DNA from: an uncultured virus (IMG/VR IMGVR_UViG_3300020195_000012)
Lineage: Duplodnaviria; Heunggongvirae; Uroviricota; Caudoviricetes
Length of the DNA stretch: 64,000 nt
IMG/VR virus record: IMGVR_UViG_3300020195_000012
Strand: one strand, 5' to 3'
Shown here: positions 1 to 7,907 of the stretch, piece after piece
Numbering within the stretch: the stretch's first letter is position 1
How the letters are laid out: every line of letters begins with the position of its first letter
The notes under the pieces: generated by a model
Database searches by the model: none
What the model was told of the DNA's origin: nothing
The model's input: only the letters and a program-made list of their open reading frames with translations
Translations under genes and position numbers: made by a program

Positions 1-122
1 AGTAGGAATTATTTTGCTTCGATCTTTAGTGCATCGCCTTCATCCCCTACCCTAAAGGGTTGCACCGCCCAAAGCGGCGGTGCAACATCTACCGATGTAG
101 GGGCTTTCGGCTCCGAAGACAG
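1..122 (-). mobile_element. Left end of an IS200/IS605-family element (second copy; continues off the window)
   Basis: About 105 nt nearly identical to 4604-4710; preceded on the minus strand by TTAC (123-126), as in the other copy. Confidence 0.8.
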
Positions 123-188
123 GTAAACGTCTAAGAGCATTAATTAAAGAAAGTATCAACAGGGAAATTATATAACAAGGAGGACACA

Positions 189-584
189 TTGGAAACTGAC
201 AATAGGACTTGTGGCGAACGCATTGCCGATCATGTCGCAGCCTTTGGTGGCTCTTGGAAATTTATACTTTCTGCTATGTTAGTAATAACATCCTGGATAT
301 GTCTCAACCTTATCCTGCCTCACGAATATCAATTTGATTCAAGCCCATTCATCCTTCTCAACCTTCTCCTTAGCCTTATTGCTGCTTTCCAAGCCCCATT
401 CATACTCATGTCTCAAGGCAGGGCTGAAAAGAAATCCGAAGAAGCTCACCGAAGAACTCTTCGTGGACTCAGAAGACTCGTCAAAAAAGATATTGAAATA
501 GAAAAAGAAATTTTGCTAATACTTAGAAATCAAAACAAAGATATCGAACATGAAATCCTAAATATACTAAGGAAACATGAATAA
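189..584 (+). CDS. DUF1003-like membrane protein
   Basis: GERIADHVAAFGGSWKF...FD..PFILLNL.LS..AAFQAPFILMSQ.R signature; AAGGAGG RBS before the TTG start. Confidence 0.8.
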   Translation: METDNRTCGERIADHVAAFGGSWKFILSAMLVITSWICLNLILPHEYQFDSSPFILLNLLLSLIAAFQAPFILMSQGRAEKKSEEAHRRTLRGLRRLVKKDIEIEKEILLILRNQNKDIEHEILNILRKHE

Positions 585-891
585 TTTTTGGCAATGGCTT
601 GAGAATTCTAATAGAACTGGCGCAAAACTAGGGCTGTACCCAGACATCGTAGATGCGCTGGGACAGACACCACCATTGTACGGAATGGCTTCTGCTGCTG
701 ATTTGATAACTTATATTAAGATTGCTTACGGAGATGAAGGACCACCCTGCGATAATAATGGCTATTACTGGCCCTACAACGTTCAAATACCTTCTAAAGA
801 TGGATTCACACCAAGATATGTGAATCCAGGTCCACATCGACACAAATTGGCACTGCAACATCCTCATAGATGGACAATGCCAAGAGAATAA
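577..891 (+). CDS. Hypothetical, putative internal head protein; paralog of 20997-21233
   Basis: N-terminus MNNFWQWLE; shared YPD..GQ.P..Y....AAD...Y motif. Confidence 0.6.
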   Translation: MNNFWQWLENSNRTGAKLGLYPDIVDALGQTPPLYGMASAADLITYIKIAYGDEGPPCDNNGYYWPYNVQIPSKDGFTPRYVNPGPHRHKLALQHPHRWTMPRE

Positions 892-1302
892 TCATTCTCC
901 AAACTCTTCCTTCAACTTTTCATACAAAGCACGATCTTCTTTCTTCTTCTTGTTCTCTTGAATCTTATCGTAGATCGCTTTGTTCTCATTGTACTCGTTT
1001 AGTTTTTTCGTGTACTCTTTGAACTGCTTGTTATACACCTTGATTAAATTGGCGTAATTAGGATTGGGAATTTCTTTATTTGGAGAGTACACAGATATTG
1101 TTATCTCGGTATCACCCCACCTCTCCCGCGACTCTACAGAGATAGAATCACCACCGTCAGCCATTAAATCAGCAATATTGATATTTCCATAACTTGACGC
1201 TTCAAATGTCTTGATTACGGTATTGCTCACCAATTTTTCTGGTGGTTTTACAGGAGGATATGGTTTGGCATGAACGTTAAATCCTACTGGCAACTTCTTC
1301 AT
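892..1302 (-). CDS. Hypothetical protein
   Basis: ORF with AAGGA RBS and coiled-coil C-terminus. Confidence 0.6.
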   Translation of the reverse strand: MKKLPVGFNVHAKPYPPVKPPEKLVSNTVIKTFEASSYGNINIADLMADGGDSISVESRERWGDTEITISVYSPNKEIPNPNYANLIKVYNKQFKEYTKKLNEYNENKAIYDKIQENKKKKEDRALYEKLKEEFGE

Positions 1303-1318
1303 CTTTCACATCCTTAAA

Positions 1319-1939
1319 TCAAAATGACACGCTGCTTCCACAACTTCCGCAACTTACAATATAATATTTTTTCGTTTCTCTATTATAACCAACAATCCCT
1401 TGTTTATAAAGATCAAAAATGACTTCTTTGCTTTTTCCGTGACAATTGTTGTGATCAGCAACAGACATGACTTGAAGATTGTCCAAATTGTTATTTGTTT
1501 TATTTCCATCAATGTGATGGACTACTTCACCTTTTTTGAGCGATCTTTCTAGATATTCTTCCATTATAAAAACATGCTCGCGAATTGACCCACAATAATC
1601 TCTTTCTCCGGTGTATTGTCTTTTATTGGAATTTTTAGGACCGATATATACATTGATGTATCCGCAAGAATCAATCCATTTGTTACCTATTCTGCTTTCG
1701 TATCCTTGAAATCTTTTTGCCCTGCCCAATTTATTAATTGTAGAAGGATCGTAACATGATGAACAAAAATGATTGTTCAAGTTTTTTCTGGTTCGACCGC
1801 TTTGTCTTTCAAATGTTTTGCCGCACGTATCACATTTGAAAATTAAAAACAGTATTGGTTTAGCCTTCCTGTAGAAGATTTTTCCATTGCGATGCCTAAT
1901 TGGAAAAGTCCTCTGTTCTTTTCTATTTGATATAAACAT
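1319..1939 (-). CDS. HNH homing endonuclease
   Basis: EHVFIME..L.R.L..GEVVHHIDGNKTNN.LDNL HNH motif; N-terminal CxxC..CxxC. Confidence 0.85.
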   Translation of the reverse strand: MFISNRKEQRTFPIRHRNGKIFYRKAKPILFLIFKCDTCGKTFERQSGRTRKNLNNHFCSSCYDPSTINKLGRAKRFQGYESRIGNKWIDSCGYINVYIGPKNSNKRQYTGERDYCGSIREHVFIMEEYLERSLKKGEVVHHIDGNKTNNNLDNLQVMSVADHNNCHGKSKEVIFDLYKQGIVGYNRETKKYYIVSCGSCGSSVSF

Positions 1940-2007
1940 TAAATTTCCTCCTGTCTATAAAACAGTAGGTCATTTAAATAATTGAAAATTTATTCACAGT
2001 TTGATTG

Positions 2008-2334
2008 TTACATATTGAAACTTGACCCGCAACCGCATCTACTCTTAATAGACGGATTATTCAATACGAACCCACGCTTGTTAAGATCAGTGTGATAGTC
2101 TACCACAGTTCCAGGCAAATACAACGCCGAGCGATTGTCAATTACAACCTTGATCCCTTCAACTTCATGTAAAGTATCCTTCTTTTCATCAAAAGACGTA
2201 TCTAACGCTAATGAAAATTGATAACCTGAACACCCGCCTCCTTTTATTCCAATACGAATAAATGTTTGTTCATTATTCATTTCTTCGATAATTCTTTTGA
2301 CTTCCTTGACAGCTAACTCAGTTAATGTTATCAT
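2008..2334 (-). CDS. iscA: Fe-S cluster A-type carrier (IscA/ErpA/HesB family)
   Basis: ITLTE.A, GGGCSG and CGCGSSF motifs. Confidence 0.9.
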   Translation of the reverse strand: MITLTELAVKEVKRIIEEMNNEQTFIRIGIKGGGCSGYQFSLALDTSFDEKKDTLHEVEGIKVVIDNRSALYLPGTVVDYHTDLNKRGFVLNNPSIKSRCGCGSSFNM

Positions 2335-2373
2335 TTGATCTCCTTGTCATATAATACTACCAAAAAGCGCAAA

Positions 2374-3237
2374 ATGAATCAAGATTTGTTGTTGAAGAAA
2401 AAACAAGATATAGTTCGTTCTCATCTCGCCAAGGAACTCACGAAAGATATTGAAGACACGTGGTGGAAAGCCGATCTAGCAATAGCTATCGAAAATCAAA
2501 TCTTGATAACTGAAGTTTCAAAAAATATGTCTTTGGAAGAAAAATCATCCACTATTGACATTGTCCACAAGTTTATGTTAAAGTCGATCTTTCCAAATAT
2601 CGTTAGCTGTCAATCTATGATGGGACCACAAGGATACGTATATTATGATGAATTCAAGTCCGAAGAAGTATTAGCTAAGACAAGACATGCCAAAACTACA
2701 TACAAACCAGATATAGAAACAACAAGTCAAAAAATCGCTGAAGAAATTGACATGGAAGTATTAACAGACATATCAAAAAATTCGGGTGTCAATTTTGTCT
2801 GTGATATGTCTGATAGTCGCCAATTGCGTGAAAATGCCACTAGATTGCTTTCAATCGTCAAAATGGCAAAACATACGGTCAAAGAGCGTTCGGGGCGTGG
2901 TGAGGCTAATTGGTGCGTTACGTCGCCTTTGACGGCAACACTGTTGTTCATGGACTCCCTGGAAGACTTCCACGCACTCAAACACAATACTGAAATTGGC
3001 ACTTTAGAAGAAATGCGGGTTTATTGCGTTCCCCAACTTGAACCGACAGACATTATTTTAGGATTCAAAGGACACCCATACGACTCAGGATATATTTATT
3101 GTCCATACGTTCCAATTTCATTTGCGGAAGGAATAACAGAAGAACCGGACTCACACAGAATGTTTTATAGATATGGAAAGAAATTAATAAAAGGTGGCTC
3201 TAATTATTACGCAAAAATTTCAGTAGTAAATATTTAA
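2374..3237 (+). CDS. Divergent major capsid protein (gp23) paralog
   Basis: IVSCQSMMGP, EEIDMEVLTD, GRGEANW..TSP, GFKG..YDSGYIYCPYVP, RYGKKL align with gp23 at 7908-9356; start taken at ATG 2374. Confidence 0.75.
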   Translation: MNQDLLLKKKQDIVRSHLAKELTKDIEDTWWKADLAIAIENQILITEVSKNMSLEEKSSTIDIVHKFMLKSIFPNIVSCQSMMGPQGYVYYDEFKSEEVLAKTRHAKTTYKPDIETTSQKIAEEIDMEVLTDISKNSGVNFVCDMSDSRQLRENATRLLSIVKMAKHTVKERSGRGEANWCVTSPLTATLLFMDSLEDFHALKHNTEIGTLEEMRVYCVPQLEPTDIILGFKGHPYDSGYIYCPYVPISFAEGITEEPDSHRMFYRYGKKLIKGGSNYYAKISVVNI

Positions 3238-3277
3238 GTCAGAACATTTCAAATAACTAAATTTAGAAAGATATAAA

Positions 3278-4282
3278 ATGGATAATTGCATGTTGGAAGA
3301 AGAATTGGCAGAACGAGCAAATGCAAAGAAAGCAATCGCAGAAAAGTGGAACAAATACAAGTTACTGGATCATCATTTTGCCGACGACCCATTCGCACAA
3401 ATGGACCTCGCTTTGATTCTTGAAAACCAAAGATTGTTCGATGAAACACATAATGATCATCAATTCAAACGAATTTCTATTCCTATTTGCATGAGGATTT
3501 TGAAAAGATTAATAATTAACAAAATTGCCAGCGTCCAACCATTGTTTGACAAAAAGGATGATTTGTTCTACTTGACCCACGAAGGAAATAAAACTTTCAT
3601 GGAGAAGCAAGAAGTTGAAGCAAAAGAATATAGACTCAAAACTGTCTGGAACTACGAAGTATCGCAAGACCTAAGAAGTCACAACGGACTTGATGCGGAA
3701 GCAGAATTAACAGCGATCTTGGCACAAGAAGTGACATTGGAATTAGATCGCAGATCACTTCTAACTATGTCTAAATTTGCAGGAACTAATTGGACGTGGG
3801 ATTTCGCCACGTCATTGGGTGATACAATCAAAGAAAAGTACGAAAGTTTGTATATGGAATTACATACTGTCTCTAAGCAAATTGAAGCAAAAACTGGTAG
3901 AGGGAAAGCAAATTGGATTGTTACTTCTCCTGAAATAGCCAGCATATTTGAAACTGTCTCATCTGGTTTTGCATATGTTGATAGTGATACATGGTCGGCA
4001 AGTCTTGGAATTTCTTACTGTGGAACTATTAATGGGAAGTGGAAACTTTATAAAGACCCATTATTCCAACCTAATAATATTCTGATGGGATACAAAGGCA
4101 ATCATCCTTATGATGCTGGATATATTTTCGGACCAAGAATCCTACTCAAACAAACTCCAATGTTTCTTGATCCAGACTCGTTCACGCCAAGAAAAGGTTT
4201 AATTACAGAATATTCTGACAAGATTATACCAGGAGGCGAAGACTTCTACGCTAATATCAAGGTGGCAAACTTTATCATTTGA
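3278..4282 (+). CDS. Major capsid protein (gp23) paralog lacking the central insertion
   Basis: LENQRL, QFKRISIP, QDLRS..LDAEAELTA.LAQE, LGDTIKEKYESLY, LDPDSFTPRKGLIT nearly identical to the main capsid protein. Confidence 0.85.
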   Translation: MDNCMLEEELAERANAKKAIAEKWNKYKLLDHHFADDPFAQMDLALILENQRLFDETHNDHQFKRISIPICMRILKRLIINKIASVQPLFDKKDDLFYLTHEGNKTFMEKQEVEAKEYRLKTVWNYEVSQDLRSHNGLDAEAELTAILAQEVTLELDRRSLLTMSKFAGTNWTWDFATSLGDTIKEKYESLYMELHTVSKQIEAKTGRGKANWIVTSPEIASIFETVSSGFAYVDSDTWSASLGISYCGTINGKWKLYKDPLFQPNNILMGYKGNHPYDAGYIFGPRILLKQTPMFLDPDSFTPRKGLITEYSDKIIPGGEDFYANIKVANFII

Positions 4283-4344
4283 CAAATTGATCAATCCATT
4301 TTTTATCTTCATCACTAAGATTTAAATATTTTGGTGATGAAGTC

Positions 4345-4552
4345 AACTTCCAATTTCTGTCAATGTGAACTACCCACGACCCTAAAGGGTCGGGGCTTCC
4401 CGTTTCAACCTCGGTCGCCTAAGTATCCAATTAAGGATGCACGGTCTTACACCAAGTCCACGGGCTTTACTTTCGGGCGTTCCGCCCGTAGTTTATTCCC
4501 CTTTCGGGGTGTTCTGATTGCATCACCGCTTGGTTTTCGTGGTGATACAACA
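4345..4552 (-). ncRNA. Predicted TnpB omegaRNA (scaffold plus flanking guide ATTGACAGAAATTGGAAG); boundaries approximate
   Basis: CTACGGGCGGAACGCCCG..GCCCGTGG..GTAAGAC..GTTGAAACGGGAAGCCCC resembles typical tnpB right-end RNAs; several hairpins. Confidence 0.65.
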
Positions 4553-4710
4553 TAATAGAGTCAGTTGTTAGTGTTTTATTCCACAAAAAGTAGTATTTGT
4601 TTTTGCTTCAATTTTTAGTGCATCGCCTTCATCCCCTACCCTAAAGGGTTGCACCGCCCAAAGCGGCGGTGCAACATCTACGATGTAGGGGCTTTCGGCT
4701 CCGAAGAATG
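4365..4710 (-). mobile_element. Non-autonomous IS200/IS605 (TnpB-type) miniature element
   Basis: Inserted 3' of TTAC with no target duplication; CCC..CTAAAG..GGG terminal hairpins; right end GAAGCCCCGACCCTTTAGGGTCGTGGGTAGTTCAC; no coding ORF. Confidence 0.85.
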
Positions 4711-4920
4711 GTAAACGAAATCATCTCCGCCGTATTGAACAACTGCCATGTTTTCATTCAATAGACTTGCCATCAAAGCAAGTCTATGTTTTATTTGTTC
4801 GTTCTCTAGTTTAATTTCAGTAATTCGTGGATCAACTGATGGAGTTGGTTTTGGTTTCAATGTAACGAAATAAATAGCCAATACAGCCATGATAAATACA
4901 ATGAACTTCATACAATTTCT

Positions 4921-5259
4921 TCAAAAAGGAACAAGTCCGTTATGACCTATTGGCCAGTTGATTATTCGTAGGCTGAATAGCCAACCAGTCATTGCCGTCC
5001 AATAACACAAATTAATAATAGTCAGTGAATCAGTTATCCATTCATATTTTCTAAATCTCAGACATCCAAATAAACAAATGTAAGTGAAGATTCGGCAAAT
5101 CCAAAGGGCAGGGTGAATGCCAATTTCTTTTATCATCCACGACATAATCGGAAAAGTTTCATTCTTCCAATTATTGCCAATGTAACGTTCAGTTAAAGCC
5201 ATGTCTAAAGACTGAATGGTAACTAATAATATAAAGTTTATCCAAAATGCCAATTTCAT
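4921..5259 (-). CDS. Membrane protein (DUF5658-like)
   Basis: LD..LT, E..P.M motifs and several hydrophobic helices. Confidence 0.55.
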   Translation of the reverse strand: MKLAFWINFILLVTIQSLDMALTERYIGNNWKNETFPIMSWMIKEIGIHPALWICRIFTYICLFGCLRFRKYEWITDSLTIINLCYWTAMTGWLFSLRIINWPIGHNGLVPF

Positions 5260-5327
5260 TTCTCACCTAGTCTTTCCATGACAAATTGACCTTCGTTCAA
5301 AAAGTTCACATGAAGTATTTATACAAT

Positions 5328-5753
5328 ATGCAAAACTTCAAAATGTTTTTGGCGGAAAACGTTATAAAAATGTGGCACGGCAGCAAAAGATGGGATGGCA
5401 CACCAGAAATACAACCACCACGTCAAAGCAGATACGAAGCAGGTCCAGGCATCTACCTCACAACCAACTACGAAACGGCGCGCAAATATGCTAAAGGTGG
5501 TGGGTCTACACTGCTAATGACGCTCAAGCCAGAAATTCGTTTTGCTGACAAGGTACAAATACCACTTCAAGAAGCTACAAAATTCATTATCGATAACAAA
5601 GTCAAAAAAGGAAAACAAATTGTAACTGATCTTACTAATTATGCAGCCAGAATTAACAGCGACTCAGTTCCAGCAGAAGTGATTATCAACTTGATTGTCA
5701 ACTACGAAAGTGGAGCAGGCAAAACTGGTGTTGCATTTCAGGAGAGACAATAA
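5328..5753 (+). CDS. ADP-ribosyltransferase-fold protein, possibly C-terminally truncated
   Basis: WHGS...GPGIYLT...A.KYA; start taken at MQNFKMFLAE. Confidence 0.6.
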   Translation: MQNFKMFLAENVIKMWHGSKRWDGTPEIQPPRQSRYEAGPGIYLTTNYETARKYAKGGGSTLLMTLKPEIRFADKVQIPLQEATKFIIDNKVKKGKQIVTDLTNYAARINSDSVPAEVIINLIVNYESGAGKTGVAFQERQ

Positions 5754-5850
5754 GTTGTTTGTATCCAAGCCAATCAAAATCACCAAATAAATTAATTATG
5801 TATTCTTTGTCTTTACCATGTATTTCACCATCAATTGTTTTTACTTTCAT
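5698..5850 (-). CDS. Small hypothetical ORF (50 aa, not in the ORF track)
   Basis: MKVKTIDGEIHGKDKEY..., directly downstream of 5857-6153. Confidence 0.4.
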   Translation of the reverse strand: MKVKTIDGEIHGKDKEYIINLFGDFDWLGYKQLIVSPEMQHQFCLLHFRS

Positions 5851-5856
5851 AACGTA

Positions 5857-6153
5857 TCATATCATCATGGTTATCAAAATGAACAACATTTTAATAATTG
5901 CGGCAATCAGTGCTTGTCCTTCTGGTGATTTGATCCAATCAACAATCTTGTGCCAAATAGTTCCATCGCCAATTACTCCAACTTCAGTATCAAATACAGG
6001 AATGGATATATTTTCAATTGCAGCTGCAGCTATAATCGTATCGTGGTTGTAATCATTAAGTACATCCTCAATTTGTTGTGACGTGCATCCTTTTCTGCGT
6101 AGTCCAAGACGTGCAAGTAGTTTGGTTCGCTGTACAAAAAATGGGTGAAACAT
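5857..6153 (-). CDS. Hypothetical protein with hydrophobic C-terminus
   Basis: Translationally coupled to the upstream gene (TAATG). Confidence 0.55.
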   Translation of the reverse strand: MFHPFFVQRTKLLARLGLRRKGCTSQQIEDVLNDYNHDTIIAAAAIENISIPVFDTEVGVIGDGTIWHKIVDWIKSPEGQALIAAIIKMLFILITMMI

Positions 6154-6560
6154 TATGATTCTTTCTTTTTGCTTTTGTGAAATTGATCTGCTATTCGTTC
6201 CATTTCATCTGGGTCTTCTAACTGATTCATTGACATTGAAACAGGTATGTTTCGCCTAGATGTATGAAAATGATACCAATCAATCAATTCTGACGTTGAT
6301 GCTTTTTTGCCTGGATGTGGTTTGCCAATGAAACGACTTAGTTTTCTAGCAGGTAGTTTACGTCCCAACTCATGAGCAACCTTATTGGTTACATGCGTTT
6401 GCGTATCATCATCGTCAGTAGATTCTTTTACTTTCTTCTTCTTGCTGTTACATAAGTCTCCCCAAATCTGGAAGTTGGGGTTGTTACAGTCTTTTTTGCT
6501 GACTATAGCACCAGTGCCAGCCATTTCTCTAATTTTCAGCCATTCAGCATAAGATTTCAT
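6153..6560 (-). CDS. Putative internal head protein
   Basis: MKSYAEWLKIRE N-terminus; TATATA 5 nt upstream. Confidence 0.6.
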   Translation of the reverse strand: MKSYAEWLKIREMAGTGAIVSKKDCNNPNFQIWGDLCNSKKKKVKESTDDDDTQTHVTNKVAHELGRKLPARKLSRFIGKPHPGKKASTSELIDWYHFHTSRRNIPVSMSMNQLEDPDEMERIADQFHKSKKKES

Positions 6561-6593
6561 GCTGGTATATATTGTTTTGCATTAAATTTTAAA

Positions 6594-6622
6594 TAAAAAC
6601 ACCCGGCATATGCCGGGTGTTA
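6594..6622 (-). terminator. Rho-independent terminator
   Basis: AACACCCGGCATATGCCGGGTGTT palindrome followed by a T-tract on the minus strand. Confidence 0.8.
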
Positions 6623-6627
6623 AAATA

Positions 6628-7722
6628 TCAATCTAATGATTCGCAAAATTCTTTGGCTAACTGTTCAGAGCCATCAAATAATTCTATCTCTGTCCACGTC
6701 TCATATGTCATACCAAGTTTTATAGCAATGTTTTTTGCCGCCTCAATTTTTGCTAATACTGTTGGTTTATTAAGTCTCCATACTGGCTTTACTTCCACTA
6801 ATTTTTTGCTCCCATCCTTATACCAAACTAATAAATCTATTAGGTAATTTGAATCGTGGTCGTCATCTGGTTTTCTATACACAATTGGAAACGGTTCGTA
6901 ATCATATTTCAAAACAGTATCATCTTCATCTAGCATCAAAAACGCTTTCTTTTCATAAGAAGATCGATATGGAATATCATCTCCAGTTTTAGTTATATGC
7001 CTACCACGTCGATGATACGTTTGTGGCTCAAATCCATTCTGATATTGACGCACAACTGCTTGGCTGATTTTAGCTTTTGTTTCTGGAAGCAATCCACCTT
7101 GTTCTTTAAGCATTTCTTTCCGACCTTTGGAAATATTTTCACAATGCTCTTCAGTCTTTTTAATACCAAGATTTGATTTGGATTGTTTGTCTCGTACTTC
7201 TTGAGGAGTCTTCAGTCCGGAATTCCATCCTCCGCCAATGCCAGGAATCAAATTTTCTCTACTAATACAATCTGGATGCTCTTTCCAATATTTAGATATA
7301 TTGTCTCTGTGATCTTGAGTTAATTCACGTCCTGTAAGCGATTGGCTAATTTTATCTCGTTGTTCTTCAGAAATCTCCTTACCCTTTTGAGCGCAAGATT
7401 TACATACTTGTTCATATGGTTTTTCCATTTTGCCAAAATAACAATTTTGTTTCATCTCTCGACTAGATTTACATTCTGGACATATAACGTTTATAATTTC
7501 ATTCGTTTGTCGTTTCACTTCATTTTTTACAAACAATGGATTTTCGTGAGTCATAAAACATTCTCTACAAACAAATTGTCCTTTTTTCATAATGTTTCTT
7601 TTGGCAGAAACTTTCTTTATTGACTTATTTGGATTTTTGCATTCTGGATGGTCGCACTGAATTTCAATTATATCGATATCTTTATTGGCTTTGTATTTGA
7701 CAGTAAATTCTTCAATGTTCAT
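6628..7722 (-). CDS. Free-standing endonuclease: Zn fingers, NUMOD3 repeats and TnsA-like PD-(D/E)XK domain
   Basis: CxxC pairs; EEQRDKIS/EEHCENIS repeats; YRSSYE...YEPF.I.Y...Y.ID......LVEVKP. Confidence 0.75.
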   Translation of the reverse strand: MNIEEFTVKYKANKDIDIIEIQCDHPECKNPNKSIKKVSAKRNIMKKGQFVCRECFMTHENPLFVKNEVKRQTNEIINVICPECKSSREMKQNCYFGKMEKPYEQVCKSCAQKGKEISEEQRDKISQSLTGRELTQDHRDNISKYWKEHPDCISRENLIPGIGGGWNSGLKTPQEVRDKQSKSNLGIKKTEEHCENISKGRKEMLKEQGGLLPETKAKISQAVVRQYQNGFEPQTYHRRGRHITKTGDDIPYRSSYEKKAFLMLDEDDTVLKYDYEPFPIVYRKPDDDHDSNYLIDLLVWYKDGSKKLVEVKPVWRLNKPTVLAKIEAAKNIAIKLGMTYETWTEIELFDGSEQLAKEFCESLD

Positions 7723-7750
7723 AAGTTGCTCCTGTTAATTGGAAGATACA

Positions 7751-7779
7751 AATGTATCATAATTAACCTAGTATGTCAA
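7751..7779 (-). promoter_or_regulatory. Sigma70-type promoter for the endonuclease gene
   Basis: TTGACA-N17-TACATT with extended TG. Confidence 0.65.
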
Positions 7780-7842
7780 TTATTTTTCTCCCAACGCAAA
7801 TACCTTTTTGCTAAAAATTCTATGGATGAATAATTATAGTCG

Positions 7843-7880
7843 AAAAACAAGACCCCGAGGCATATGCCTCGGGGTCTTTG
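7843..7880 (-). terminator. Terminator after the major capsid gene
   Basis: AAGACCCCGAGGCATATGCCTCGGGGTCTT followed by a T-tract. Confidence 0.85.
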
Positions 7881-7907
7881 TAAGTCCTTATTTGCAAGGA
7901 CTTTACG

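Larger units (their letters stand above)
4275..4911 (-). pseudogene. Small membrane-anchored protein gene interrupted by the 346-bp IS-derived element
   Basis: Removing 4365-4710 gives an in-frame 96-aa ORF ...GGDDFVY|IDRNWKLTSSPKYLNLSDEDKKWIDQFVK*. Confidence 0.8.

Noticed and set aside
4331..4555. 74-aa plus-strand ORF
   Set aside because: Antisense to the structured IS-derived RNA; no RBS or protein motif
4365..4710. Group I intron / IStron interpretation of the insertion
   Set aside because: The 5' exon ends in C rather than U, the element ends in C rather than G, and no catalytic core was recognisable
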